A DNA stretch of 64,000 bases from Candidatus Nealsonbacteria bacterium. GTDB lineage: Bacteria; Patescibacteriota; Minisyncoccia; Minisyncoccales; JANBVM01. Where the stretch lies: contig CP061210.1 of NCBI GenBank assembly GCA_026016225.1, forward strand, positions 322,000 through 385,999, read 5' to 3'. Shown here in pieces: positions 54,384 through 64,000 of this stretch; the stretch's first letter is position 1; each line of letters opens with the position of its first letter. The notes under the pieces were generated by a model. That model was given only the letters and a program-made list of their open reading frames with translations, ran no database searches and was not told where the DNA came from. The position numbers were made by a program, and so were the translations under genes.

Positions 54384-54408
54384 AACCGCTTCTTGAAAGC
54401 GGTTTTTT
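54384..54408 (+). terminator. terminator-like hairpin in the 23S leader, with a competing upstream pairing partner
   Basis: AACCGC-ttcttgaaa-GCGGTT followed by a T-run. The upstream GAAGCGGTT (54344-54352) can instead pair with AACCGCTTC (54384-54392). Confidence 0.45.
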
Positions 54409-54565
54409 GATTAAAGGATAAGATAGATAGAATTGGTAAGAACCTTACATTTTAATAGGGAAAAGAGATTCAACAATAGTCTTTATTGACTAGCCAATAT
54501 TTTTAATTTTTTGTAAAATTTTTAAGGGCAAACTTACTTAAGTTTTGTTCTATAAAATTTTGGAA

Positions 54566-57561
54566 GGCAAGATAACATACGGCGAATGGTGGATGCCTTG
54601 GGAGGTTGAGGCGATGAAGGACGTGGGGTGACTGCGATAAGCCTCGGGGAGGTGTCTACCAACCTTTGATCCGGGGATTTCCGAATGGGGGAACCCAACG
54701 CGACTAAAAACCGCGTTACCCCGTACCATACGGTACAGGGAGCGTACTCGCTGAAGTGAAACATCTTAGTAAGCGGAGGAAAAGAAAAAAAAGCGAAGCA
54801 ATCTTGTTTCGCAATATTCCCTTAGTAGCGGCGAGCGAAGAGGGAAAAGCCCAGAGCTATCTAATAACTATTAATTAGTTATCAAATAGCAGTTGTAAGT
54901 TAGATATATCCCAGAGCGAAAGTTTTGGGCAGAGCTAAACTAAAATGTGATTTGATTAGCCAAAGTATCCTGGAAAGGAATGCCAAAGATGGTAATAGCC
55001 CAGTAGGCGAAAATCATCACATGCTCTGAATATTTATACTTGAGTACCGCCCGGGAATGAAATCCCTGCGGGAAGCAGGCTAAACTACTAGCCAAGGCTA
55101 AATACTCAACCTCACCGATAGTGAACTAGTACGTACCGTGAGGGAAAGGTGAAAAGTAGGGAGGTAATCCCGGTGAAATAGAACCTGAAACCATTTGCTA
55201 ACAAAAAATCGGAGCCGCGTCTGACGCGGTGACGGTGTACCTTTTGGAGCAGGCACCAACGAGTTCGTGCACTCTCTTAGTCTAAACCCTTATGGGGTGG
55301 AGGCATAGAGAAATCGAGTGTTAAAAGCGCGTTCACCCGCTAACATCTGCGAAGTTGTGGCGGGTAAAGAGAGTGTGCGAGACCCGAAGCCAAGCGAGCT
55401 TGCCATGGCCAGGGTGAGTCTCGCCGAAAGGCGAGAGGAGGCCCGAACCCGTGGATCGTGCAAAATCCTGGGATGAGCTGTGGTAAGAGGCGAAACGCTA
55501 ATCGAGCTTGGTAATAGCTGGTTCTCCTCGAAATAGCTTTGGGGCTAGCCTGGGGAATTAGAAAGTGGAGGTAGAGCACTGGAAGGGATATTGTGGCGCA
55601 AGCTAGGTATTCCTACCAAACTCCGAATTCCATTTTTGTAATCCCTGGAGTAAGAACTTGGGCGCTAATGTCCAGGCTCAAGAGGGAAACAACCCAGACC
55701 TTCATCTAAGGTCCCGAAATCTAAGCTAAGTGAGAAAGGAGGTGAAATTCCTCAGATAGTTAGGAGGTGAGCTCAGAAGCAGCTATCCTTTAAAAAGTGC
55801 GTAACAGCTTACTAACTAAGGAGTTTTGCGCCAAAAATGTAACGGGACTCAAGCTTAGTACCGAAGATAAGGCCCTGCACCGTACGGTGCAGGGGGTAGA
55901 GGAGCGTTCTCAGGGCAGTGAAGTCAAACCGTAAGGTTTGGTGGAGCGTTGAGAAGTGAGAATGTTGGTATGAGTAACCGCAATCAGGGTGAAATCCCCT
56001 GACACCGAAAACCCAAGGTTTCCTTGGCAATGACAATCAACCAAGGGTTAGGCGGACCTAAGGGAAAGCCGAAAGGCGTACCCGATGGACAGTCGGTTAA
56101 TATTCCGACCCCTCGCCAAAGTTTTTCCTTAGAATGACGAAGGTTTGTAGTCTTCGTGTATTATTGGATTTACATCTACTCTTTGAGGAAGTTTTCTTCT
56201 AATGAAGAGTGGGAAGTTCTGACTTCGGTCAGAATAACGAAGATGAGCAACCTTCCCGGAAAAGTTTTAAGGAAGGAAAACTTAGGCGGGTCCGTACCGC
56301 AAACCGACACAGGTGGGTTGGTGTAAGAGTACTAAGGTGAACGGGTGAAACCTCGTTAAGGAACTCGGCAAACAAGTGGTCGTAACTTCGGAAGATGGCC
56401 TACCCGTACCATACGGTATGGGTCGCAGCAAACGTGCCTTTGGCGACTGTTTATCTAAAACACAGGTCCCTGCTTAACTTGTAAAAGGAAGTATAGGGGC
56501 TGACGCCTGACCAGTGCCGGAACGTTAAGCTCGCGGGTCGTCCTGAGTTTATCGAAGGATGGCTGAGTGAGTTAAGCTTCCGGTGAACGTCCGCGGTAAC
56601 TATAACCGTGTTAAAGTAGCGTAATCCCTTGTCGGGTAAGTTCCGACCCGCATGAAGGGCGTAACGACTGAAGGACTGTCTCAACGAGGAGCCCGGTGAA
56701 AATACAATGAGGGTGAAGATGCCTTCTACCTGCGGCTAGACGAAAAGACCCCGGGAGCTTTACTGTAGCTTGATATTGGATTTTGGTTTTGGATGCGTAG
56801 TGTAGAAGGGAGACTTTGAAGTCTGGTTTTCGGGCCAGATGGAGTCGTCAATGAAACACCTTCCTTTCAAAGTCATAGTTCTAATCCGTCTTTACGGCGG
56901 AAACAGTGTTTAGTGGGCAGTTTAAGTGGGGCACTTGCCTCCTAAAAAGTAACGGAGGCGTTTAAAGGTCGGCTAAGTACGGATGGAAATCGTACGCGTC
57001 GGGCAAAGCCATAAGCCGGCTTTACTGCGAACATAATGCTGTGAGCAGTTGGGAAACCAGAACTTAGTGAACCGACGGTTGGTCGTAGGACCGCCGAAGA
57101 TCATCAGCTAAAAGTTACCCCGGGGATAACAGGCTAGTCGGGCCCGCGAGTCCATATCAACGGCCCGGTTCGGCACCTCGATGTCGGCTCACCACATCCT
57201 GGAGGTGGAGAAGCTTCCAAGGGTCGGTCTGTTCGCCCGTTAAAGTGGTTCGTGAGCTGGGTTCAGAACGCCGTGAGGCAGTTCGGTCTCTATCTACCGC
57301 AGGCGTTGAGTCTTGAGGGGAGTTGGTCTTAGTACGAGAGGACCAGACTGAACCAACCTCTAGTGTACCAGTTGTTCCGCCAGGAGCATCGCTGGGTAGC
57401 TACGTTGGGAAGGGATAAGCGCTGAAAGCATCTAAGCACGAAGCCCACCCCAAGATTAGGACTTTTAGATTCCTCAAAGATGATGAGGTTGATAGGCTGC
57501 AGGTGTAAGTAGGGTAACCTATTGAGCCGAGCAGTACTAATAAATCATAATTTCTTGCCTT
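54566..57561 (+). rRNA. rrl: 23S ribosomal RNA
   Basis: 5' end GGCAAGATAACATACGGCGAATGGTGGATGCCTTGG and 3' end GGTTGATAGGCTGCAGGTGTAAG...GTACTAAT. The flanking helix AAAATTTTGGAAGGCAAGA (54555-) pairs with TCTTGCCTTTCAAAATTTT (57553-). About 3.0 kb, with no intron-sized insertion. Confidence 0.95.
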
Positions 57562-57635
57562 TCAAAATTTTGTAGACCAAAAAGTTGTGAGGATTTGTCC
57601 TTGAGAATTTTGCAAAAAATAATAGTAAAAAGACG

Positions 57636-57752
57636 CTTGAGTGGCGGCTATACTGGTATTGTTCCACCTGTTCCCATCCCGAACACAGAAGTGAAATATA
57701 CCGAGGCCGATGATAGTGGGTTTCCTGCAAAAGTAGGTAGCCGCCGCCCAAG
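57636..57752 (+). rRNA. rrf: 5S ribosomal RNA
   Basis: CCCATCCCGAACACAGAAGTGAAA and GATGATAGTG motifs are present. Helix I pairs CTTGAGTGGCGGC with GCCGCCGCCCAAG. A T6 run follows at 57757-57762. Confidence 0.9.
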
Positions 57753-57830
57753 CGCCTTTTTTATTACTTTTAAAAGTGAAAATAACTCATTTATTAAGTA
57801 GAGGAGATAAATCTTGTTATTTCATAGCTT

Positions 57831-58715
57831 GTGCGTCATAATGATTTAATGAGATTTTTGGATAAAGAACAATTCCAAATATTTAATAAAAAAAATAGAA
57901 AATTTTTCCCACAAAGTAAACTTCACTCTCAAAGATTGAAAGTGGGAATAATAATTTTTATAATTATTTCTCTTTTTCTTTTTAATTTATCTCCTTTTTC
58001 AGAAAGAATTAAAAATTTCTTTTATTCTCTATCTGAACCTGTACAAAAATGGCTTTGGGAGAAAGGAGGCGGAATTTCTGATTTTTTTGAAATGATTTTG
58101 AGAATGAAAAGACTTGAGCAAGAAAACGAAAAACTTAAATTAGAAAATCAGGAATTAATAATCAAAAACATAAAGCTTGAGCAATTAAGAGGAGAAAATG
58201 AGATTTTGCGTACAGCTTTAAATTTAAAATTACAAGAAGAGTTTAAACTAATTATCTCTCAGGTGATTGGTAAAGAGATAGCTGGAGATTATTTAATAAT
58301 AGATAAAGGATCTGAAGACGGTATAGCTTTTGGTTTTCCGGTAATTACTCAACAAAAATCTTTGGTAGGTAAGGTTATTCAAGTTTATGAAAGTACTTCA
58401 AAAATTCAACTTTTAACTTCAAAGGATAACTCTTTTGATGTTGAAATTTTTGAAAAAGAAATTTACGGCTTAGCAGAAGGAAAGGGAAATTTTAATCTTT
58501 TACTTGAACTTATTCCACGAGAAAAAGAAATTAATTTGACAGATAAAATTATTACTACTACTTTGGGTGGAAATTTCCCCGAAGGACTTTTAGTGGGAGA
58601 AATTAAAAAAGTTAAAAAATCAGACGTTGCTTCTTTTCAGGAAGCTGAAATCCAACCTGCTTTTGATATTAGAGAAATAGATTACCTCTTTCTTATTACC
58701 AACTTTACCCAGTAG
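57831..58715 (+). CDS. mreC: rod shape-determining protein MreC
   Basis: 294 aa with a TM helix, the coiled coil LEQENEKLKLENQEL and C-terminal beta domains (GLVGKV-type: SLVGKVIQV). The gene order is mreC-mreD-PBP2. Confidence 0.85.
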   Translation: MRHNDLMRFLDKEQFQIFNKKNRKFFPQSKLHSQRLKVGIIIFIIISLFLFNLSPFSERIKNFFYSLSEPVQKWLWEKGGGISDFFEMILRMKRLEQENEKLKLENQELIIKNIKLEQLRGENEILRTALNLKLQEEFKLIISQVIGKEIAGDYLIIDKGSEDGIAFGFPVITQQKSLVGKVIQVYESTSKIQLLTSKDNSFDVEIFEKEIYGLAEGKGNFNLLLELIPREKEINLTDKIITTTLGGNFPEGLLVGEIKKVKKSDVASFQEAEIQPAFDIREIDYLFLITNFTQ

Positions 58716-58792
58716 GAGAATTTTGACAGAGTTTTTACAGAAAACCTTTTATCTACGAAGTAAGTCAAAATTTCTCAACTGGTTTTAATCAG

Positions 58793-59083
58793 ATGGTAAA
58801 AAAAATTATATTTTTATTTTTTTTCTTTTATTTTCTAACTTTGCTTCAGACCAGTTTTTTAGCTCGTTTTTTTATCTTTTTACCTAATCTCGTTTTAATT
58901 ACCATTATCCTGATTAATCTCTTTGAAGACCAAAAAAGTAATCTGGGCATTTTTTCAGCTTTTTTTGGCGGATTTTTTTTAGACATCTTTTCTGAAAAAT
59001 TCCTCGGTTATTACATTTTGATTTCTCTTTCTATTTCTCTTTTTATTAAACTAATTCTTAAGAGGTATATTGGAAGATATTAA
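58793..59083 (+). CDS. mreD: MreD-like rod shape-determining membrane protein (short)
   Basis: 96 aa with 3 TM segments and the motif GGFFLDIFS. It lies between mreC and PBP2. Confidence 0.6.
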   Translation: MVKKIIFLFFFFYFLTLLQTSFLARFFIFLPNLVLITIILINLFEDQKSNLGIFSAFFGGFFLDIFSEKFLGYYILISLSISLFIKLILKRYIGRY

Positions 59084-59118
59084 ATAATTTTCCATTGATT
59101 TAATAAAGATTTTTGTTT

Positions 59119-61041
59119 ATGAATGATTTTTTTAAAAAAAGAAGATTTGAAGTTCGCTTTACAAAAGATATTGAGCCTCACGAGGTTATTTTAGATAACT
59201 TAGCGAAAAAGAAAGGCGAAGAGATTGGTGTTTCTGAAAGGAAAATAGAAGTTCCCCTTTTAAAAACTATTTTTAATCGTTCTTTTCTTTTTTCGGTTTT
59301 AGTGATATTGGTTCTTTTTTGGAGAGTGTTTCAACTTCAGATAGTGGAAGGGGAGGATTTTTTAGCAAAAGCTAATGAAAATAGGTATATCCTGAGCAAA
59401 ATACAGGCTGAGAGGGGAGTGATATATGATAGAAATTTAAAACAGTTAGTTTTCAATATTTCCAGCTTTAATTTAATTTGTGAAAAAGATAATCTTCCTC
59501 AGTCTGAAATAGAAAAACAGAGGATTTTAAAGGAAGTTTCCCAAATTTTAAACATCAACTATGAAACTCTTCAGGAGAAGATTAGAGAAAATAAAGTAGT
59601 TTTTGAAAATTTAGACCACCAGACATTAATTGTTTTAGAAACGAAAATAGGAGAGCTCCCCGGATTTAAAATAGAACAGAACTCAATTAGGGATTATAAA
59701 GAAGGAGATAATTTTTCTCATTTAATAGGTTATGTGGGAAAGATAAGTAGTGAGGAATGGAAAAAAGAACCTGAATATTATTCGATTTCTGATTATGTAG
59801 GTATAACCGGAATTGAAAAATACCACGAAGAAGTTTTAAGAAAAAATCCGGGAAAAGTAAAAATTGAAAGGGATGCTTTAGAAAATGTAATCTCAAAAGA
59901 AATAGTGGCTTTACCCGAATCAGGAGAAAGTTTGGTTTTGTGGTTAGATTCTGACTTACAGAGAAAAACTAAAGAAGAATTAGAAAAACAACTTCAGAGC
60001 ATAGGGAGTAGAAAAGCTGTGGCAGTGGCTTTAGATCCAAAAACTGGAGGAGTTTTGGCTTTGGTTTCTATTCCTTCTTTTGATAACAACTTATTTTCAA
60101 AGAAAGATAAAAAAGCCTTAGAAGAACTTTTTAAAGATGAAAATGAACCGCTTTTTAATCGAGTGATTTCAGGCATAGGATATTCAACTGGTTCTACTAT
60201 TAAACCCTTGATTGCTTCAGCTGCCCTTCAGGAAAATGTGATTTCTTCCCAAAAAAGCATTAATTGTAGAGGTTTAATAGAGGTTGAACACGAATATAAT
60301 CCGGAGATTATCTATACATATCATGATTGGCAGGTTCACGGTTGGACGGATATGAGAAAAGCCATTGCCGAATCCTGCAATGTCTATTTTTACAGCATAG
60401 GAGGAGGAAATAAGGATTTTGAAATTAAAGGATTAGGACCGCAAACTATAAAAGAATATCTTCAAGTTTTTGGTTGGGGAAAAAAAACGGGTATTGATTT
60501 ACCAAGTGAGGGAAAAGGTATTTTACCCGATATAGATGAAGATTGGCGGCTTGGACATACTTATTATTTATCTATTGGACAGGGAGCTTTTACGACAACT
60601 CCTTTACAAGTAATTAATGCTTTTGCTGCCATTGCTAATGGCGGCAAATTGATGCAACCTCAAGTTGTACAAAAGATTGTTGGTACTGAACAGGGCTCAC
60701 TGGAAGTACTGAGGGAGATAGAACCTAAAATCATCAGAGAGAATTTTATTGACTCCGAAAATCTTCAGATTGCCAGAGAAGGAATGCGACAGGCTGTCAC
60801 GGGAAAAAATAGCCCTCTTGCATCAGCTACATTATTAAATTCTTTACCTGTTGCAGTTGCTGCTAAAACAGGGACAGCTGAAACTCCAATAGAAGGTATA
60901 TATCACAACTGGGTAACTGTTTTTGCTCCTTATGAGGACCCGGAGATTGTCTTAACTATTATGATTGAAGATGTAAAAGACATTAAAGCTGCCGTACTTC
61001 CAGTAGCAAAGGAAATATTAAATTGGTATTTTGCCCGGTAG
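59119..61041 (+). CDS. mrdA: penicillin-binding protein 2 (elongation transpeptidase)
   Basis: The ATG at 59119 is preferred over the TTG at 59113. Contains RG.IYDRN, STIKP (SxxK), a S.N region and KTGTAE (KTG). Confidence 0.9.
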   Translation: MNDFFKKRRFEVRFTKDIEPHEVILDNLAKKKGEEIGVSERKIEVPLLKTIFNRSFLFSVLVILVLFWRVFQLQIVEGEDFLAKANENRYILSKIQAERGVIYDRNLKQLVFNISSFNLICEKDNLPQSEIEKQRILKEVSQILNINYETLQEKIRENKVVFENLDHQTLIVLETKIGELPGFKIEQNSIRDYKEGDNFSHLIGYVGKISSEEWKKEPEYYSISDYVGITGIEKYHEEVLRKNPGKVKIERDALENVISKEIVALPESGESLVLWLDSDLQRKTKEELEKQLQSIGSRKAVAVALDPKTGGVLALVSIPSFDNNLFSKKDKKALEELFKDENEPLFNRVISGIGYSTGSTIKPLIASAALQENVISSQKSINCRGLIEVEHEYNPEIIYTYHDWQVHGWTDMRKAIAESCNVYFYSIGGGNKDFEIKGLGPQTIKEYLQVFGWGKKTGIDLPSEGKGILPDIDEDWRLGHTYYLSIGQGAFTTTPLQVINAFAAIANGGKLMQPQVVQKIVGTEQGSLEVLREIEPKIIRENFIDSENLQIAREGMRQAVTGKNSPLASATLLNSLPVAVAAKTGTAETPIEGIYHNWVTVFAPYEDPEIVLTIMIEDVKDIKAAVLPVAKEILNWYFAR

Positions 61042-61111
61042 AAGAAATTTTCCATTCAAAATTTCTCTACGGGATTTACTAAATAGCAAAAAATTACTAA
61101 AATTAAAGTAT

Positions 61112-62578
61112 ATGTCTGCTGAAAAGGAGATTAGAAAAAATAGGATTAAAAAAATAAAAGCAATTAAAAGTGCTGGATTCTTGGCTTATCCTTTAAAAAC
61201 AAAAAGAACCCAGACAATAAAAGAAACTTTAGGAAATTTCACTAAATTTTTTAGCGAGAAAAAAGAAATAGTTTTAGCAGGAAGAATCAGGCTTTTAAGA
61301 ATTCATGGAGGAGCTACCTTTTTACATCTTGAAGACGGCACAGGTAAAATTCAAGCCTTCTTTAAAAGAGATAGATTGGGAGAAAAAGGATACAGGTTTT
61401 TCTTGAATAATTTTGATATTGGAGATTTTATTGAAGTAAAAGGGATATTGTTTAAGACAAAAAAAGGAGAAAAAACCATTGAAGCTTCTGACTTTAAAAT
61501 GTTAGCTAAGAGTCTTTTGCCTCTACCTGAAAAGTGGCACGGCTTAAAAGAGATTGAAGAAAGATATAGGAAAAGATATTTAGATTTAATTTTTAATTCA
61601 GAAGTCAAAAAGAAATTTAAGATTCGTTCTAAAATTATAAAAGAAATAAGGCAATTTTTAGACAAGGAAGGATTTTTAGAAGTTGAAACCCCAATCTTAC
61701 AACCAATTTATGGAGGAGCAAGAGCCAGGCCTTTTAAAACTCATTTAAATGCCCTAAATATTGATTTGTATTTAAGAATAGCCCTTGAACTTTATCTAAA
61801 GCGACTTTTAGTAGGAGGATTTGAAAAGGTCTATGAGATTGGAAAATGTTTTAGAAACGAAGGTGTTGATAGATATCATAACCCTGATTTTACAATGCTT
61901 GAGTTTTACTGGGCTTACGCTGATTATAAAGAGTTAATGAAATTAACAGAGAGAATGTTTGAGCATATTGTAAAGAGTGTATTTAAGAAGCCGAAAATTA
62001 AATACGAAGGAAGAGAGATTAATTTTAAAGCTCCCTGGCCGAGAATTGAATTTTCTCATCTTATTAAAAAGGAAACAAAAATAAATTTAGAAGAGATAAA
62101 TGCGGAGAGATTAGCTAAAAAAGCAAAAGAATTAGGAGTAAAAGTGCAAAAAGGAGCTCCCAAGTCTGAAATTGCAGATGAAATTTTCAAAAAGGTTTGC
62201 CGAGCAAAAATCTGGCAGCCGACATTTATTATTCACCATCCTTTAGGATTTCAACCTTTAGCTAAAGCTTTAGAAAAATATAAAAATAAATTAGCAGATT
62301 TCCAATTAGTTATTGCGGGCTGGGAGATGCTTAATGCTTTTTCAGAACTCAACGACCCACTTGAACAGAGAAGAAGATTTAAAGAGCAAGAAAAGCTTTA
62401 CAAGGCAGGATTCAAAGAAGCCCAAAGGATGGATGAAGATTTCTTAGAAGCGCTCGAATATGGAATGCCACCAGCCGCTGGTTTTGGTATGGGTATAGAT
62501 AGATTGGTCACCCTCCTTACAAATTCCCATAGTTTAAGGGAAGCAATATTGTTCCCGACAATGAAACCCAAGAAATAA
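61112..62578 (+). CDS. lysS: lysine--tRNA ligase (class II)
   Basis: 488 aa from ATG 61112 (the ORF-track start at 61031 overlaps mrdA and is unlikely). Contains the class II motifs FRNEG and GMGIDRLVTLL. Confidence 0.9.
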   Translation: MSAEKEIRKNRIKKIKAIKSAGFLAYPLKTKRTQTIKETLGNFTKFFSEKKEIVLAGRIRLLRIHGGATFLHLEDGTGKIQAFFKRDRLGEKGYRFFLNNFDIGDFIEVKGILFKTKKGEKTIEASDFKMLAKSLLPLPEKWHGLKEIEERYRKRYLDLIFNSEVKKKFKIRSKIIKEIRQFLDKEGFLEVETPILQPIYGGARARPFKTHLNALNIDLYLRIALELYLKRLLVGGFEKVYEIGKCFRNEGVDRYHNPDFTMLEFYWAYADYKELMKLTERMFEHIVKSVFKKPKIKYEGREINFKAPWPRIEFSHLIKKETKINLEEINAERLAKKAKELGVKVQKGAPKSEIADEIFKKVCRAKIWQPTFIIHHPLGFQPLAKALEKYKNKLADFQLVIAGWEMLNAFSELNDPLEQRRRFKEQEKLYKAGFKEAQRMDEDFLEALEYGMPPAAGFGMGIDRLVTLLTNSHSLREAILFPTMKPKK

Positions 62579-62580
62579 AC

Positions 62581-63804
62581 ATGTTAGACATCAAATTTAT
62601 TCGCCAAAATCCGGATAAGGTAAAAGAAGGCTGTAGAAAAAAGCAGGTCAAGATTGATATTGATACACTTTTAGAACTGGACAGAAAAAGGAGAAATTAT
62701 CTAAAAGACATAGAAAGTTTACGTTCGGAAAAGAAAAAACTGGAAAGAGGTGAAATTGAAAAAGCGAAAAAATTAAAGACTAAGATTAAAAAAATAGAAC
62801 CAGAATTAAAAAAGATTGAGACAGAGTTTAATGATTTAATGCTTCAGGTTCCCAATTTGCCCCAGGAAGGAGTGCCCGAAGGTAAAGACGAGTCAGATAA
62901 TGTAGTTTTAAGAGAATTGGGAGAAAAGCCTAAATTTAACTTCGCTTTTAAAGATTATTTGGAAATTTCCCGGAAGCTTAATTTAATTGACATTAAAAGA
63001 GCAGCTAAGGTTTCAGGTACAAGATTTGGTTATCTGAAAAATGAAGCTGTTCTTTTGGAGTTTGCATTGGTAAATTTTGCTTTTGAGGAGCTGAAAAAAG
63101 AAAATTTTATTCCTGTTATACCTCCTGTAATTGTAAAACCTGAAATAATGCAGGGAATGGGCTACATGGAAAGGGGGAGAGAAGAAATGTATTTTATTGA
63201 AAGAGATAATCTTTATTTGATTGGTACTGCAGAACAGATTATAGGTCCCATGCATTCAGGAGAAATTTTTAAAGAAAAAGAACTTCCCAGGAGATATGTA
63301 GGTTTTTCTTCTTGTTTTAGAAGGGAAGCAGGGTCTTACGGAAAAGATACCAGGGGAATTTTAAGAGTACATCAATTTGATAAAATTGAAATGTTTACCT
63401 TTTGCCGTCCGGAAGAATCAAAGAAAGAACATCAACTTTTATTATCATTGGAAGAAAAATTTATGGAGAATTTAAAAATTCCTTACAGAGTAGTTCAAAT
63501 GTGTACGGGTGACTTAGGTGATCCGGCAGCTGCAAAATATGATATTGAGTCCTGGATTCCTTCCGAGAATCGATATCGAGAGACACATTCAACTTCAAAT
63601 TGCACTGACTTTCAGGCGAGAAGATTGAATATCAGGTATAAAGATAAAGCAGGTCGATTGAATTTCGTTCATACCTTAAACGGAACAGCTTTTGCTATCG
63701 GAAGAACTTTAATTGCAATTATAGAGAATTATCAACAAAAAGATGGAAGTATAAAAGTGCCTCAAGTCCTGCAGAAATATACAAATTTCAAAAAGGTTGG
63801 TTAA
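62581..63804 (+). CDS. serS: serine--tRNA ligase
   Basis: 407 aa with MLDIKFIRQNP, an N-terminal coiled coil, and the FRREAGS and TLNGTA motifs. Confidence 0.95.
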   Translation: MLDIKFIRQNPDKVKEGCRKKQVKIDIDTLLELDRKRRNYLKDIESLRSEKKKLERGEIEKAKKLKTKIKKIEPELKKIETEFNDLMLQVPNLPQEGVPEGKDESDNVVLRELGEKPKFNFAFKDYLEISRKLNLIDIKRAAKVSGTRFGYLKNEAVLLEFALVNFAFEELKKENFIPVIPPVIVKPEIMQGMGYMERGREEMYFIERDNLYLIGTAEQIIGPMHSGEIFKEKELPRRYVGFSSCFRREAGSYGKDTRGILRVHQFDKIEMFTFCRPEESKKEHQLLLSLEEKFMENLKIPYRVVQMCTGDLGDPAAAKYDIESWIPSENRYRETHSTSNCTDFQARRLNIRYKDKAGRLNFVHTLNGTAFAIGRTLIAIIENYQQKDGSIKVPQVLQKYTNFKKVG

Positions 63805-63818
63805 AATTAAATTTTGTT

Positions 63819-64000
63819 ATGGAAGAAAAAATAGTTTTAATTAACAGTTTAAAAACTAATTTTAAAGTGGCAGGTCAAGGTCCTGCTATTTTAATTCTGC
63901 ACGGTTGGGGAGGTTCTTCTTTCTCGTGGTTAAAAGTTCAAAAACTTTTGTCAGCTAAAAGCTACAAAGTAATTTGTCCCGACTTTCCGGGATTTGGAAA
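63819..64000 (+). CDS. alpha/beta hydrolase, N-terminal fragment (3' end beyond the window)
   Basis: MEEKIVLINSLKTNFKVAGQGPAILILHGWGGSS... HGWGG is the oxyanion-hole motif of alpha/beta hydrolases. Confidence 0.65.
   Translation, partial: MEEKIVLINSLKTNFKVAGQGPAILILHGWGGSSFSWLKVQKLLSAKSYKVICPDFPGFG

Noticed and set aside
54566-57561. Looked for group I/II introns or homing-endonuclease ORFs in the 23S and 16S, which are common in CPR rRNA
   Set aside because: The lengths are ~3.0 kb and ~1.5 kb, with only short helix expansions (for example 54788-54815 and 56130-56260). No intron-sized insertion or internal ORF with endonuclease motifs was found.
54534-57801. ORFs of 68-79 aa on both strands
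   Set aside because: All lie inside the 23S or 5S rRNA.

Overview
The window is a compact, AT-rich bacterial chromosome segment that codes almost entirely on the plus strand. Many adjacent genes overlap at ATGA or GTGA start/stop junctions.

Gene content:
- Glycolysis and gluconeogenesis: pgk, eno, archaeal-type apgM, gap, fbp, class I aldolase, ppsA, acs.
- Division and envelope: ftsZ, ftsE, ftsX, an ftsB-like gene, murJ, mreC, mreD, PBP2, and an MltB-like lytic transglycosylase.
- Translation: lepA, frameshifted prfB, an N-terminally short prfA, rpmE, rpsB, a short tsf, rplY, lysS, serS.
- Iron-sulfur and tRNA thiolation: a two-gene SufC/SufBD set next to two tRNA-thiolation-type PP-loop enzymes.
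- Redox: a small cluster that includes an intein-bearing trxB.

RNA genes are six tRNAs, RNase P RNA (minus strand), and 16S, 23S and 5S rRNA.

The overall picture suggests a small-genome Patescibacteria/CPR-like organism. This is inference from content and style, not a database result. The standard genetic code is supported by the intact RF2 with its classic CTT-TGA-C frameshift site.

The most unusual locus is a six-gene operon (45.7-52.5 kb) in which every product has a signal peptide. It lies between an autonomously transcribed 16S and the 23S-5S unit. It combines a lectin-like, Ig-like and 'subunit-domain' protein, a stand-alone paralogue of that subunit domain, a C-terminally anchored beta-sandwich protein, one dockerin protein and two membrane-anchored cohesin proteins. 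I read it as a candidate adhesive-fibre and surface-display system.

Other notable points:
- The 16S 3' tail lacks the CCUCC anti-Shine-Dalgarno core.
- A LAGLIDADG intein splits the CxxC redox site of TrxB.
- A GC-richer islet next to tRNA-Gln carries three tRNA-3'-end/T-arm-like structured elements and Cys-rich secreted proteins.
- A short hairpin-bearing repeat family has one copy inserted in frame in lepA.
- A TCCGCC-N4-GGCGGA inverted repeat recurs inside ftsZ and the aldolase gene.

No CRISPR array, transposase or integrase was seen.
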